From assembly GCA_964016885.1 (NCBI GenBank), contig OZ024757.1:24800001-24864000 (forward strand): DNA of 64,000 bases. The letters are read 5' to 3'. The position numbers were made by a program, and so were the translations under genes. This DNA comes from Eledone cirrhosa (lineage: Eukaryota). The notes under the pieces are model-generated. The model saw nothing but the letters and a program-made list of their open reading frames with translations, made no database searches and was not told where the DNA came from. Shown here piece by piece: positions 13,898-26,544 of the stretch. Numbering within the stretch: position 1 is the stretch's first letter; every line of letters begins with the position of its first letter.

Positions 13898-14172
13898 CAT
13901 ACATACATACATATATATATATACATACATACATACATATATACACATACACACATACATACATATATATATACATACATACATACATATATATATATAC
14001 ATACACACATACATACATATATATATACATACATACATACATATATATATATACATACACACATATATATATATACATACACATACATACATATATATAT
14101 ATATATATACATACACACATACATATATACATACACACATATATATATACATACACACATATATATATACAT

Positions 14173-14207
<35 letters not shown>

Positions 14208-14210
14208 CAT

Positions 14211-14241
<31 letters not shown>

Positions 14242-14274
14242 CATACACACATACATATATATATATACATACAT

Positions 14275-14305
<31 letters not shown>

Positions 14306-14418
14306 CATACACACATACATATATATATATACATACACACATACATATATATATATACATACACATACATATATATATATACATACATACACACATACAT
14401 ATATATATATATATACAT

Positions 14419-14462
<44 letters not shown>

Positions 14463-15204
14463 ATACATATATATATATATATACATATGTACATACATAC
14501 ATATATATATAGACATACATATATATATATGTACACACATACATACATACATACACATATATATATATACATACATACATACACATATATACATACATAC
14601 ATATACACACACATGTTTGTGTATGTGTGTATTTTAAATGCTCCACTGGAGCTGCAATTACTGCAGATCAGAAATATATCAGACAAAAGTCTTTTCCTCC
14701 AGCAAAAGATAAAAACCAACAAGTGTGCTCAATTATGACAGAGAAAAAAACTGTATATATATGAGTGGTTGATAATTATTGTGTGTATGTGTGTGTGTGT
14801 GTGTGTGCATGTGCGTATGTAGGATTATTTGAGAGAAAATATATAATACGTGAGTGTGTTTGGTTATTAGAGAGAGAAAACTATGCATAAGGGTACTCCA
14901 TTATGACAGACAAATAAATAAATATGCTAGATTATTACAGAATAGTTTAAACATTGAGGAGGATATATATATATATATATATATATATAGCAATGTAATG
15001 TGGCCGTGTAGGCAACACGGTAAAAACCTCCCAGACCCACACTGTAAATGTGGTTGGTGTTAGGAAGGGCATCCAACTGTAGAAAACCTGCCAGACAGTC
15101 CTATGCGAGCAAGACAATCACTCTTGCCTCAAGTGGGACTACCCCCGTCCAAACCCATGCAAGCGTGGAACACGGACGTTAAACGTTGATGATGATGATG
15201 ATGA

Positions 15205-15253
<49 letters not shown>

Positions 15254-15274
15254 TATAAATATAAACTTTAAACC

Positions 15275-15312
<38 letters not shown>

Positions 15313-15341
15313 AGAATATAAATATATATAAACTATAAAAC

Positions 15342-15377
<36 letters not shown>

Positions 15378-15379
<2 letters not shown>

Positions 15380-15604
15380 TACGTTATTCCGGGTTGAATC
15401 GGAGGTAACCACAGTAAGTAAGGTACTCAATACATAGCAGAGTATAAAAGTTTTAATATAGATGAGATTCTACAGGACTAGAACTGTTTCATTCTTCAGA
15501 AATCATCAGGAATCTGGGTATCAAAAATATTTTTGATACCCAGATTCCTGATGATTTCTGAAGAATGAAGCAGTTCTAGTCCTGTAGAATCTCATCTATA
15601 TTAA

Positions 15605-15608
<4 letters not shown>
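15378..15608 (-). mobile_element. PLE-type 160-bp palindrome plus 3' extension
   Basis: Near-perfect palindrome 15449-15608; extension 15378-15448; (TA)n on both sides; relatives at 21700-21838 and 25367-25558. Confidence 0.8.
15465..15515 (-). ncRNA. Type I hammerhead ribozyme
   Basis: AGATTC-CTGATGA-tTTCtgaaGAAt-GAA-ACAG-ttctagtc-CTGT-A-GAATCT; all three stems pair, although stem II closes on a U-U mismatch; GUA cleavage triplet. Confidence 0.78.
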
Positions 15609-15699
<91 letters not shown>

Positions 15700-15736
15700 A
15701 ATATATATATATATAATATAATATAAATATATATAA

Positions 15737-15768
<32 letters not shown>

Positions 15769-15839
15769 GTCCCACCCTTGCAAGCAGGGAAAAGTGGACG
15801 TAAAATGATGATGATGATGATATATATAAACTATAAAAC

Positions 15840-15900
<61 letters not shown>

Positions 15901-16179
15901 TTTTAGATGATTGATAATATGCATGTGTGTGTGTGCATGTGTGTTCGTGTTGTAATATAAAACTAAGCCAAGTGCGTATGTGCATGCCTGCACACAGACA
16001 GACATTATTTCTATAATGTGTGAAATTGCAGGCCAGTGAGTGGCTGATGAGGCTGATGTAGTTTTCTGTCTCATGGAACTGTTATTGTTAGAGTACTTTT
16101 TGCTGATTACCCCCCACCCCTCTCTCTCTTTATATATGCACATATATATATATATACATCTATACACATACATACACAT

Positions 16180-16213
<34 letters not shown>

Positions 16214-16491
16214 ATATATATATATATATATACATATATACACACACATATATATATATACATATATACACACACATATATATAATAACATATATACACA
16301 CACACACATTTATATCTCGCTCACAACATAACCACCATACATGTGTTGATAATCCTCTGAAACACGTGTTCTCAAAGTATGATTTGAATATATATATAAA
16401 TATATACATATAAATATATACATATAAATATATAAATATATATGTATATACATAAATATATATATATAAAAATATATAAAATATATATATA

Positions 16492-16548
<57 letters not shown>

Positions 16549-16579
16549 TTATATATATATAAATATATATATACATACA

Positions 16580-19500
16580 TCATCATCATCATCATCATCA
16601 TCACCGTTTTACGTCCGTTCTTCCACGCTAGCATGGGTTAGACGGGTTGTCCTGTTGTGGGCAGTGTCTGGTCGGCTGACCATGCCTTGCTCATACAGGA
16701 ACTGATCTGGCTTGATTTCTACAGCTGGATGCCCTTCCTAACACCAACCTCATTTACAGTGAGTGCTGGGTGCTTTTTCGTGGCGCCTACACGTCCACTT
16801 TACAGTGTGGGCTGGGTGCTTTTTTGCCGTGGCACCTCCACGACCACCTTGCGGTGGGGGGGGGGGCATATTGTTTATATGCTTCAGCATGTACCCATGG
16901 GAGGTCGGGTACCCTGTATTACTGCGTGACGCCAGAAGTCACGGTCGTGTGTCATTGACTTTGAGAGGTGTAGTTGGGTAAGGTCGGCTTTTATCACCTC
17001 ATCCCAAGTCATCTTGGGTCTCCCCACTCCGCGGTTTCCATCAACTTCTAGTGCTCTGCACCTTTTTATGCAGCTGTCATCCTTCATACGCATCACATGT
17101 CCATACCAGCGTAACCGCCTCTCCTGCACGCAGCATTTGATTCCTCTTATGCTCAGTCTCTCTCTCAATTCATTTATGCTTTGTCGTTCACGTATATTAC
17201 TGTTACACATCCATCGGAGCATGCAGGCTTCGTTTCTCTCTAATCTACGTAAGTCTTCCACCTTCAGCGCCCAGGTCTCACTACCATGCAACATCGCTGT
17301 TCGGATACACGCATCATACAGTCTGCCTTTCATTCTGAGGGAGAAGCCTTTTGCAGCTAGCAGTGGTAGTAGTTCCCTAAACTTCTTCCATCCCGTTCTT
17401 ACCCTAGTTATTGTACTTTCTGAGCACCCACCTCCGTTGCTAATTCGGTCACCTAGGTAGCAGAAGCTGTCTACTGTTTCTACAGGGCCCTCCCAGAGAT
17501 TGGTGGTACTTGTTTCCTGTGGCTGTTTGCTTGCTGTTTCAGCACAGCTGCTGCATGTGAATCCTACATTCTTAATTAAGCTTCCTGAGATCCCGCTACA
17601 TCTCTTGTGTACCCATTGTTTGCATTTGGGGCAAAGAATGGAGTTCCTACCTACACCTTTCCTACATACTGAGCAAGGCCATTTCCCTGAGGGGATCTGG
17701 GTTCTGTTTTCTCGTCTACTTATAAGGACCTTAGTCTTTGTCATGTTGACTTTGAGGCCCTTTCTCTCTAGTCCCTGCTTCCAGGTTTGGAATTTATTCT
17801 CTAGTTCTACCATAGATTCAGCTATGAGTGCGAGGTCATCAGCATACAGGAGTTCCCATGGGCATCCGGTCTTAAACTCCTCCGTTATTGCCTGCAGGAC
17901 TATGATGAACAGGAGAGGGCTAAGAACAGAGCCCTGGTGGACCCCAACCTGTACGCTAAATTCCTCGCTATACTCATTGCCAATCCTAACTTTGCTGACT
18001 GCTCCCCTATACATGGCTTGTACCGCTTTCACAAGCCATTCATCTACTCCTAGTTTTCTAAGAGCCCACCAGATTACTGCACGTGGAACTCTGTCAAAGG
18101 CTTTCTCAAGGTCGACAAATGCCAAGTAGAGTGGCTTACTTTTAGCTAGGTACTTTTCCTGTAATTGCCTCACAAGGAAGAGCGCATCAGTGGTGCCTTT
18201 CCCTGGGACAAACCCAAATTGCATCTCGTCTATATTCACCCGGTCCCTAATCAGCTGTGCTATAACTCTTTCTGTTACTTTCATGACCTGGTCCATCAAC
18301 TTTATACCTCTATAGTTTCCTCTATCTAGTGCATCGCCTTTACCTTTGTAGCAGTTGACAATGATGCTACTGCACCAATCTTTTGGTATGGCCCCCTCTA
18401 GTATTACCTGGTTAACGATACGTGTGGTTATAGTGTGACCTACAGACCCAGATGCCTTCAGCATCTCGGCAGCTATACCCGATGGACCGGTTGCCTTCCC
18501 TATCTTCATATCTCTGATTGCCTTACTTACTACGCTGCCGCTGACTTGTACTGCTGGTCCCTCTATAGGGTCTACGTGGGGTAGGGTCTCTTCTTCCCAT
18601 GCATTCTCCTCATTTAGTAATCTATCATAATGACTCTTCCATGCATCTTTCTTCTCAGCACTTGTGAGGGCAAGCTCACCTTTATCATTCCGGATACACT
18701 TCTCTCCAATGACATCACAACTATCTCTGACACACTGCCTCGCAATCTTGAATACCTCCTGTTTCTGGTCCTCACGTTGTAAAACATGCTTGAATTTTCT
18801 ATCCTCTGCTTCCCTCCTAGCTAAGTATACTTGTCGCCTAGCTTCCCTCTTGGTCTCTATGTAATGTACCCTGCTCCCCCCGTTCTTCCATTCTTTCCAT
18901 GCCTGTCTCTTGGCCTTGACTGCTTCATCTACCTTATTGTTCCACCACCAAGTCACTCTCCTCCTGCTTGAGGTCTTACTCCAGCCACAAACCTCATCCG
19001 TCGCCTCTAGTAAGTTATTTTTTAGGAACTCCCAGTTCTCTTCTACGTTAAATGTCTCTATCTGTTCTTCTTTACTGTCGTAGGCGTTGAGTAAAATATC
19101 TTTAAATCTGTTACTGGTTGAGGGGACTTTCAGCTTCCAGATCTTTCTTCTCCAGGTTGGCCTCTGTTTCAGGGCTCGTCTAGTTCTGACCGTGAGGTCG
19201 CTGACAACTAAGCTATGTTGGGATGTACATTCCTCACTAGGGAAGGCTTTTGTGTTTACGACCGTCCATCTGTCACGTCCTCTGATGAGGATAAAATCTA
19301 ACTGACTAGAGTGCTCCCCTGATCTATAGGTGATCAGGTGGTTGTCGGGTTTTTTAAAGTTTGTGTTACATATCGACATGTCATTGGCGTCGCAGAATTC
19401 TAGAAGTCTGAATCCTTCCTCATTCCTTGTGCCAACTCCATGGCCTCCATGTACTCTATTGAAGCCGTCGCAGTGTTTACCTACGTGTCCGTTAAAATCT

Positions 19501-19655
19501 CCTGCAATGATTAGGAAGTCCTTGTCGTCTGTTAGAGCAGTAGTGTGTATTAGGGACTCGTAAAACCTATCCTTAAGTTCGTCTGGCAGCCCCGATTGGG
19601 GTGCGTAAGCTGATATTATTGTGGTAATTGTCTTATTCAGGACTAGTCTGAGTTT
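16580..19655 (-). mobile_element. 5'-truncated RTE-clade LINE (family B) with 3'UTR and (GAT)n tail
   Basis: Open APE-RT frame, about 300-bp 3'UTR and (GAT)n tail; 5' end abuts an AT tract. Confidence 0.93.
16884..19655 (-). CDS. RTE polyprotein (partial APE endonuclease, reverse transcriptase, PHD-like finger); no true start codon
   Basis: SAYAPQ, GDFNGH, LDFI, DLEKAFD, GVHQGSVLSP, YADD, YLG; about 920 codons without a stop; the predicted N-terminal 33 aa are microsatellite-derived. Confidence 0.9.
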   Translation of the reverse strand, partial: KLRLVLNKTITTIISAYAPQSGLPDELKDRFYESLIHTTALTDDKDFLIIAGDFNGHVGKHCDGFNRVHGGHGVGTRNEEGFRLLEFCDANDMSICNTNFKKPDNHLITYRSGEHSSQLDFILIRGRDRWTVVNTKAFPSEECTSQHSLVVSDLTVRTRRALKQRPTWRRKIWKLKVPSTSNRFKDILLNAYDSKEEQIETFNVEENWEFLKNNLLEATDEVCGWSKTSSRRRVTWWWNNKVDEAVKAKRQAWKEWKNGGSRVHYIETKREARRQVYLARREAEDRKFKHVLQREDQKQEVFKIARQCVRDSCDVIGEKCIRNDKGELALTSAEKKDAWKSHYDRLLNEENAWEEETLPHVDPIEGPAVQVSGSVVSKAIRDMKIGKATGPSGIAAEMLKASGSVGHTITTRIVNQVILEGAIPKDWCSSIIVNCYKGKGDALDRGNYRGIKLMDQVMKVTERVIAQLIRDRVNIDEMQFGFVPGKGTTDALFLVRQLQEKYLAKSKPLYLAFVDLEKAFDRVPRAVIWWALRKLGVDEWLVKAVQAMYRGAVSKVRIGNEYSEEFSVQVGVHQGSVLSPLLFIIVLQAITEEFKTGCPWELLYADDLALIAESMVELENKFQTWKQGLERKGLKVNMTKTKVLISRRENRTQIPSGKWPCSVCRKGVGRNSILCPKCKQWVHKRCSGISGSLIKNVGFTCSSCAETASKQPQETSTTNLWEGPVETVDSFCYLGDRISNGGGCSESTITRVRTGWKKFRELLPLLAAKGFSLRMKGRLYDACIRTAMLHGSETWALKVEDLRRLERNEACMLRWMCNSNIRERQSINELRERLSIRGIKCCVQERRLRWYGHVMRMKDDSCIKRCRALEVDGNRGVGRPKMTWDEVIKADLTQLHLSKSMTHDRDFWRHAVIQGTRPPMGTC

Positions 19656-19791
19656 AATATATATATATATGAATATATATATATATGAATATATATATAT
19701 ATATATGAATATATATATATATATATATAAATATATATATATAAATATATACATTATATATATATATATATATAAAAATATATATATATAT

Positions 19792-19827
<36 letters not shown>

Positions 19828-20066
19828 TAGATAGATATATAAATGTGTTGAAATATGCAGTTAAATAAAAGTGCAATGAAGTGTATGCATATCTACTCAT
19901 CTGTGATGTGTGTACATGTGTGTATATGTGTGAATGCACATCTGTTTGAGGTATTTGCACATGTGAAATGTGCAGTCAAGTGGAATGATACGTGCGTGTG
20001 CGGTGTGCATGTGAAAAGATATGTATGTATGCATGCATATGTTTATGTGTACAATCATGTGAAAGA

Positions 20067-20097
<31 letters not shown>

Positions 20098-20470
20098 AGC
20101 GAGTGAATGTGTGTGTGCAGTTATGGAAAGGAAATGTGTGTGTGTATATGAACAAGGATGTTCTTGTATGAACGCATGCATGCGTGTGTATGTGCTTCTT
20201 TGTATGGTTACGTGAGTATGGCTACATGTAAGCATGTGTGTGTGTTTGTCTGTGTATGGATATATGTAAGCATGTGTGTGTGTATGTGTTTCTTTGTGTA
20301 TGAATATATGCAAGCATGTGTGTGTGTGTATGTGTCTGTGAATGAAAATGCGTGTGTATGTATCTTTGAATGAACACATACATATATGTATATGTTTCCT
20401 TGTCTGACTGTGTGTTTGTGTGTGTGTGTGTGAATACATGTAAGTGTGTGTGGAGGTCTTTGAATTAATA

Positions 20471-20532
<62 letters not shown>

Positions 20533-20647
20533 TTTGAATGAACACATGCATGTATATGTTTCTTTGTCTGGCTGAGTGTGTGTATGAATACATGTATGCA
20601 TGTATGTATGCACATGTGTGTGTGTGTGTGTGTATGTCTTTGAATTA

Positions 20648-20683
<36 letters not shown>

Positions 20684-20965
20684 AGCTTTGAATGACTACA
20701 TGTGTGGGTACCTAGCTGTGCAGGAATAAGTGCATCAGTGAATGTATGTGTATAAGGAACATGGATATGCATGAACGCGTGTCTGACTATAATGCACATG
20801 TGCATAATTGTGTTTAAACACACACGAATGTGTTTAGATAATTCCAAAATATCAAAATATATAAGTAAAATGTTTTTTTTAATTTGATGAGGGCAAAATA
20901 AATATTGTATATATATACATGTATATATACATGTGTATATACATGTATATATACATGTGTGTATA

Positions 20966-21518
<553 letters not shown>

Positions 21519-21934
21519 GAAAAAATGGTGTGCTGCGTTGTTGCCAATAACTTATTTTAGTTATTGCTCACACTGATTTTGAGGTATCTGGTCTTTAATG
21601 CAAAGAAATACCAATGATAGTCAGCAGACCACTGATGATGGACAGTCCCGTTTCTCGGTCTATTTTCATTCATTCATATATATATATATATATAACAAAA
21701 TTTTCCTGACGATTTCCTTCAAATGAAACAGTTCTAGTCCACTAGAAGCCATTTTTATATTAAATGTTGTTGTATAAACTCTACTAATGTATTGAGTACC
21801 TTACTTACTGTGGTTACCCCCGATTAAACCCGACACACTCATATATGTGTTGGTTGGTTACTGTCACTTCATATAAATATCTGGAAGTTGCTAGTATGTA
21901 CCACTTCTCCCCTCCCCCTTTGATTGTCATCACC

Positions 21935-22612
21935 ATCATCTATTTTTGCACACTAGCATGGGTTAGACAAGTTGTCCTGTTGTGAGAAAGCCAGATCAGA
22001 TGACCATGTCTTGCTCATACAGAACTGAATCCGGCTTGGTTTCTATGGCTGCATGCCATTCCTAACGCCAACCACATTTACAGTGTATACTGGGTGCTTT
22101 TTATTGTGTCACCAACACAACCACTTTACAGTGTTGACTGGCTACTTTTTGTTGTGTCACCAACACAACCACTTTACAGTGTGGACTGGCTACTTTTTGT
22201 TGTGTCAGAAATATGACTACTTTACAGTGTGGACATTGCACTTTTTGTCGTGACACGTACACAACCACTTTACAGTGAGGACTGGGTGCTTTTTGTCATC
22301 TCAGCAACACAACCCCTTTACAGTGAGGACTGGGCGCTTTTTGTCATGTCAGCAACACAACAGTGAGGACTGGGGGCTTTTTGTCATGTCAGCAACACAA
22401 CCATTTTACAGTGAGGACCGGGGGCTTTTTGTCATGTCAGCAACACAACCATTTTACAGTGAGAACTGGGGGCTTTTTGTCATGTCAGCAACACAACCAC
22501 TTTACAGTGAGGACCGGGGGCTTTTTGTCATGTCAGCAACACAACCACTTTACAGTGAGGACCGGGGGCTTTTTGTCATGTCAGGAACACAACCACTTTA
22601 CAGAGAGGACTA
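21935..22612 (-). repeat. RTE-B 3'UTR with a diverged 48-49-bp array
   Basis: Tandem accactttacagtgaggac..gctttttgtcatgtcagcaacaca units next to the RTE-B tail. Confidence 0.75.
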
Positions 22613-23420
22613 GGGCCTGCAGTGGTGGAGGTGCATGAAGTTTGGAGAGGTAGAATATTAGGGAACGTGTCATGCCCCAGACACAGTTGAAGAGTCGTCC
22701 CAATGGATGTGTAATGTTAGTATAGCATAAGTTAACTGAGAGAAACACTAGACATAAGAGTAATTAGATGTAGTGTGCAAGAGAGAAGACTGCACTGGTA
22801 CAGACATGTGACGAGTATGGAAGGAGACAGATGTATGAAGAAGTAAAAAGAAATCTCAGGGGATGGGACTTGTGGTAGAGGCAGACTCAGGATGACACAT
22901 AAGTTGGTGCCATGTCAAAAAGCACCCAGTCCACCCTGTAAGGTGGTAATGCAGGTGCTATGACAAAAAGCATCCAGTTCTCTCTGTAAGATGGTAATGC
23001 TGGTGCTATGACAAAAGCATCCAGTCCAAAGTGGTAGAGCTGAAGTCACGATAAAATGCTCCTAGTAAAGTGGTTGACATTAGAGAGAGGCATCTAGCCA
23101 TATACACCACACCTGAAACAGAATGGATAAGCAGGATATTGTCATCTAACTTCACTAGTCACAAAACATGTCAATCCCTCTAACCTACACTAAACCAATC
23201 CAATCTAGGGCCTTGTCACTCTTGTTGGATGAAGTCCTTCCTAGTTGACTTCCACTGCTTTCTGTTTCATTTTGGTCATATCAGGGGTGGATGACTTTGA
23301 GGAGTTCATCTGCACTTATAACAGCTCATTTTTTGTGCTGCTGGGGTTCCACTTACCCACCTCACCTGACAAGGGTCTGGTGGAAGAACTGGTTCAGTCA
23401 CCAACCACTCGACTCTGAGG

Positions 23421-24690
23421 CAGGTTGTACTGGGTTACATGGTACCAGTAGCAGACAGAAGCCTGACCTGACCTGCTATTGACTATAAAACAGGTTGTAC
23501 TGGGTTACATGGTACCAGTAGCTGACAGAAGCCTGACCTGACCTGCTATTGACTATAAAACAGATTGTACTGGGTTACATGGTACCAGTAGCAGGCAGAA
23601 GCCTGACCTGACCTGCTATTGACTATAAAACAGATTGTACTGGGTTACATGGTACCAGTAGCAGACAGAAGCCTGACCTGACCTGCTATTGACTATAAAA
23701 CAGGTTGTACTGGGTTACATGGTACCAGTAGCTGACAGAAGCCTGACCTGACCTGCTATTGACTATAAAACAGATTGTACTGGGTTACATGGTACCAATA
23801 GCAGACAGAAACCTGACCTGACCTGCTATTGACTATAAAACAGGTTGTACTGGGTTACATGGTACCAATAGCAGACAGAAACCTGACCTGACCACTTGAC
23901 ATGGTACCAGTAGTAAGAAGAAGCCTGACCTGACCTGACCACTTGACCATGAAGTAGGTTGTACTCGGTTACGTGGTACCAGTAGCAAGAAGAAGCCTGA
24001 CCTAACCACTTGACCATGAAGTAGGTTGTACTCTGTTACGTGGTACCAGTAGCAAGAAGAAGCCTGACCTGACCTGATCACTTGACCATGAAGTAGGTTG
24101 TACTCGGTTACGTGGTACCAGTAGCAAGAAGAAGCCTGACCTAACCACTTGACCATGAAGTAGGTTGTACTCGGTTACGTGGTACCAGTAGCAAGAAGAA
24201 GCCTGACCTGACCACTTGACCATGAAGTAGGTTGTACTCGGTTACGTGGTACCAGTAGCAAGAAGAAGCCTGACCTGACCTGACCACTTGACCATGAAGT
24301 AGGTTGTACTCGGTTATGTGGTACCAGTAGCAAGAAGAAGCCTGACCTGACCACTTGACCATGAAGTAGGTTGTACTCGGTTACGTGGTACCAGTAGCAA
24401 GAAGAAGCCTGACCTGACCACTTGACCATGAAGTAGGTTGTACTCGGTTATGTGGTACCAGTAGCAAGAAGAAGCCTGACCTGACCTGACCACTTGACCA
24501 TGAAGTAGGTTGTACTCGGTTATGTGGTACCAGTAGCAAGAAGAAGCCTGACCTGACCACTTGACCATGAAATGGTTGTACTCAGTTACGTGGTACCAGT
24601 AGCAAGAAGAAGCCTGACCTGACCACTTGACCATGAAGTAGGTTGTACTCAGTTACGTGGTACCAGTAACAGGCAGAAACCTGACTTGTC
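23421..24690. repeat. Bipartite minisatellite: 70-bp units, then 67/72-bp units
   Basis: Period 70 from 23421 to about 23890, then a related subtype varying by a 5-bp gacct unit. Confidence 0.9.
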
Positions 24691-24819
24691 CAATACAGGG
24701 AAGGAAAATAGACAGTATGATGATGATGATGACTGATTATGATGATGATGATGATGATGATATATGAAGAAATGAAATCTACGAAAGTTATTTCCTTAAG
24801 TAAATCACTTATTAATCTT

Positions 24820-25235
24820 ATTGTTGTAGTTGTGGTGGTAGTTGTAGTTGTGGTAGTTGTAGTTGTGGTGGTGGTTATTGTAGTTGTTGTTGTAGTAGTT
24901 GTGATGGTTGTAGTAGTTGTAGTTGTTGTTGTGGTGGTGGTAGTTGTAGTTGTGGTGGTGGTAGCTGTAGTTGTTGTGGTAGTAGCTGTAGTTGTGGTAG
25001 TGGTAGTTGTAGTTGTAGTTGTTGTGGTGTTAGCTGTAGTTGTTGTGGTGGTAGCTGTAGTTGTTGTGGTGGTGGTTGTTGTAGTTGTTGTGATGGTTGT
25101 AGTTGTGGTGGTGGTGGTGGTAGTTGTGGTGGTGGTGGCAGTTGTAGTTGTGGTGGTGGTGGTAGTTGTAGTTGTGGTGGTAGTTGTTGTGATGGTTGTA
25201 GTTGTGGTGGTGGTTGTTGTAGTTGTGGTGTTTAT
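24820..25235. repeat. (GTN)n low-complexity tract
   Basis: Direct inspection. Confidence 0.9.
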
Positions 25236-25289
25236 TATTGTTGCTATCCACTACTGAAACCAACCATACAAGTTACCACACACACACAC

Positions 25290-25366
<77 letters not shown>

Positions 25367-25370
<4 letters not shown>

Positions 25371-25556
25371 TTAATATAGATGAGATTCTACAGGACTAGA
25401 ACTGTTTCATTCTTTAGAAATCATCAGGAATCCTGATGATTTTTAAAGAATGAAACAGTTCTAGTCCTGTAGAATCTCATCTATATTAAAACTTTTATAC
25501 TCTGCTATGTATTGAGTACTTTACTTACTATGGTTACCCCCGATTCAACCCGGAAC

Positions 25557-25558
<2 letters not shown>
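25367..25558 (+). mobile_element. PLE-type palindrome with hammerhead core (family of 15378-15608)
   Basis: Palindrome 25367-25493; CTGATGA..GAAACAG..CTGTA; about 65-nt 3' extension. Confidence 0.8.
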
Positions 25559-25602
<44 letters not shown>

Positions 25603-25839
25603 ATATTAAATAAATGGAAACTATATTTATAAAACCATATTTATTATAAATATAGTTTCCATTTATTTAATATCATGGAATATTTACTCCAGTAACTTGT
25701 TGAGTACTCTAAATCAGTTATAAACATTTATGTTTGTCGGACTTCCAACAAATTAAATACAACTTCTACATATATATATATAAGGCTCTGATACCATCAA
25801 CACCATAAACACAGAGCTGGCATATCTAAGAACTGACTA

Positions 25840-25895
25840 ACTGCCTGATGAGGTCATAGCCATTCAATGGCTAACATCGAAATATATATAGCAGT
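25840..25895 (+). ncRNA. Type I hammerhead ribozyme with long stem II
   Basis: ACTGC-CTGATGA-ggtcaTAGCCATTcAATGGCTAacatc-GAAA-tatata-TA-GCAGT, then AATAAA. Confidence 0.78.
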
Positions 25896-25936
25896 AAATA
25901 AAGGATTATGAGTTCATGCAATTGACTTATGTTTCG

Positions 25937-26010
<74 letters not shown>

Positions 26011-26169
26011 CCCGTCCCACCCTTGCAAGCAGGGAAAAGCGGACGTAAAATGATGATGATGATGATATATATATTTGTGTATGTAAAAGGTAAACAGAAA
26101 TAACAACACAATCGGTACAGTATATGGAAGGTATATATTAGGTTAACGCTTGATATAGCAGGAAGAGGG

Positions 26170-26205
26170 TCTTAACGTTTCGGACGCTAGTCCTTCATCA
26201 GAAGA
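26170..26205 (-). ncRNA. Minimal type I hammerhead ribozyme
   Basis: TCTT-CTGATGA-aGGACtagcGTCC-GAAAC-GT-T-AAGA; palindromic AACGTT stem III. Confidence 0.82.
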
Positions 26206-26456
26206 AAGAATATATATATAGGAAAATGTATGACCCCCGACGGCAGAGCTCAAGCCGTTTCGACGACTATTTCTGGACTGAAATAGTCCAGAAATAGCCA
26301 TTGAAACGGCTTGAGCTCTTCTGTCGAGGTTAAACATTTTCCTATTACCCACTCTACTACCCTAAGTATTGAGTACTCTGGTGCGTTATAGTCCATCTGG
26401 TTCCTTATCACACTTCCTTCGTTATATATATATATCATCATCATTGTTTAATGTCC

Positions 26457-26487
<31 letters not shown>

Positions 26488-26544
26488 TGTGTGTGTCAAG
26501 TATCCCCTTAGACAGGGGATGGGGGGGGGGGTCATAGTTTAGTG

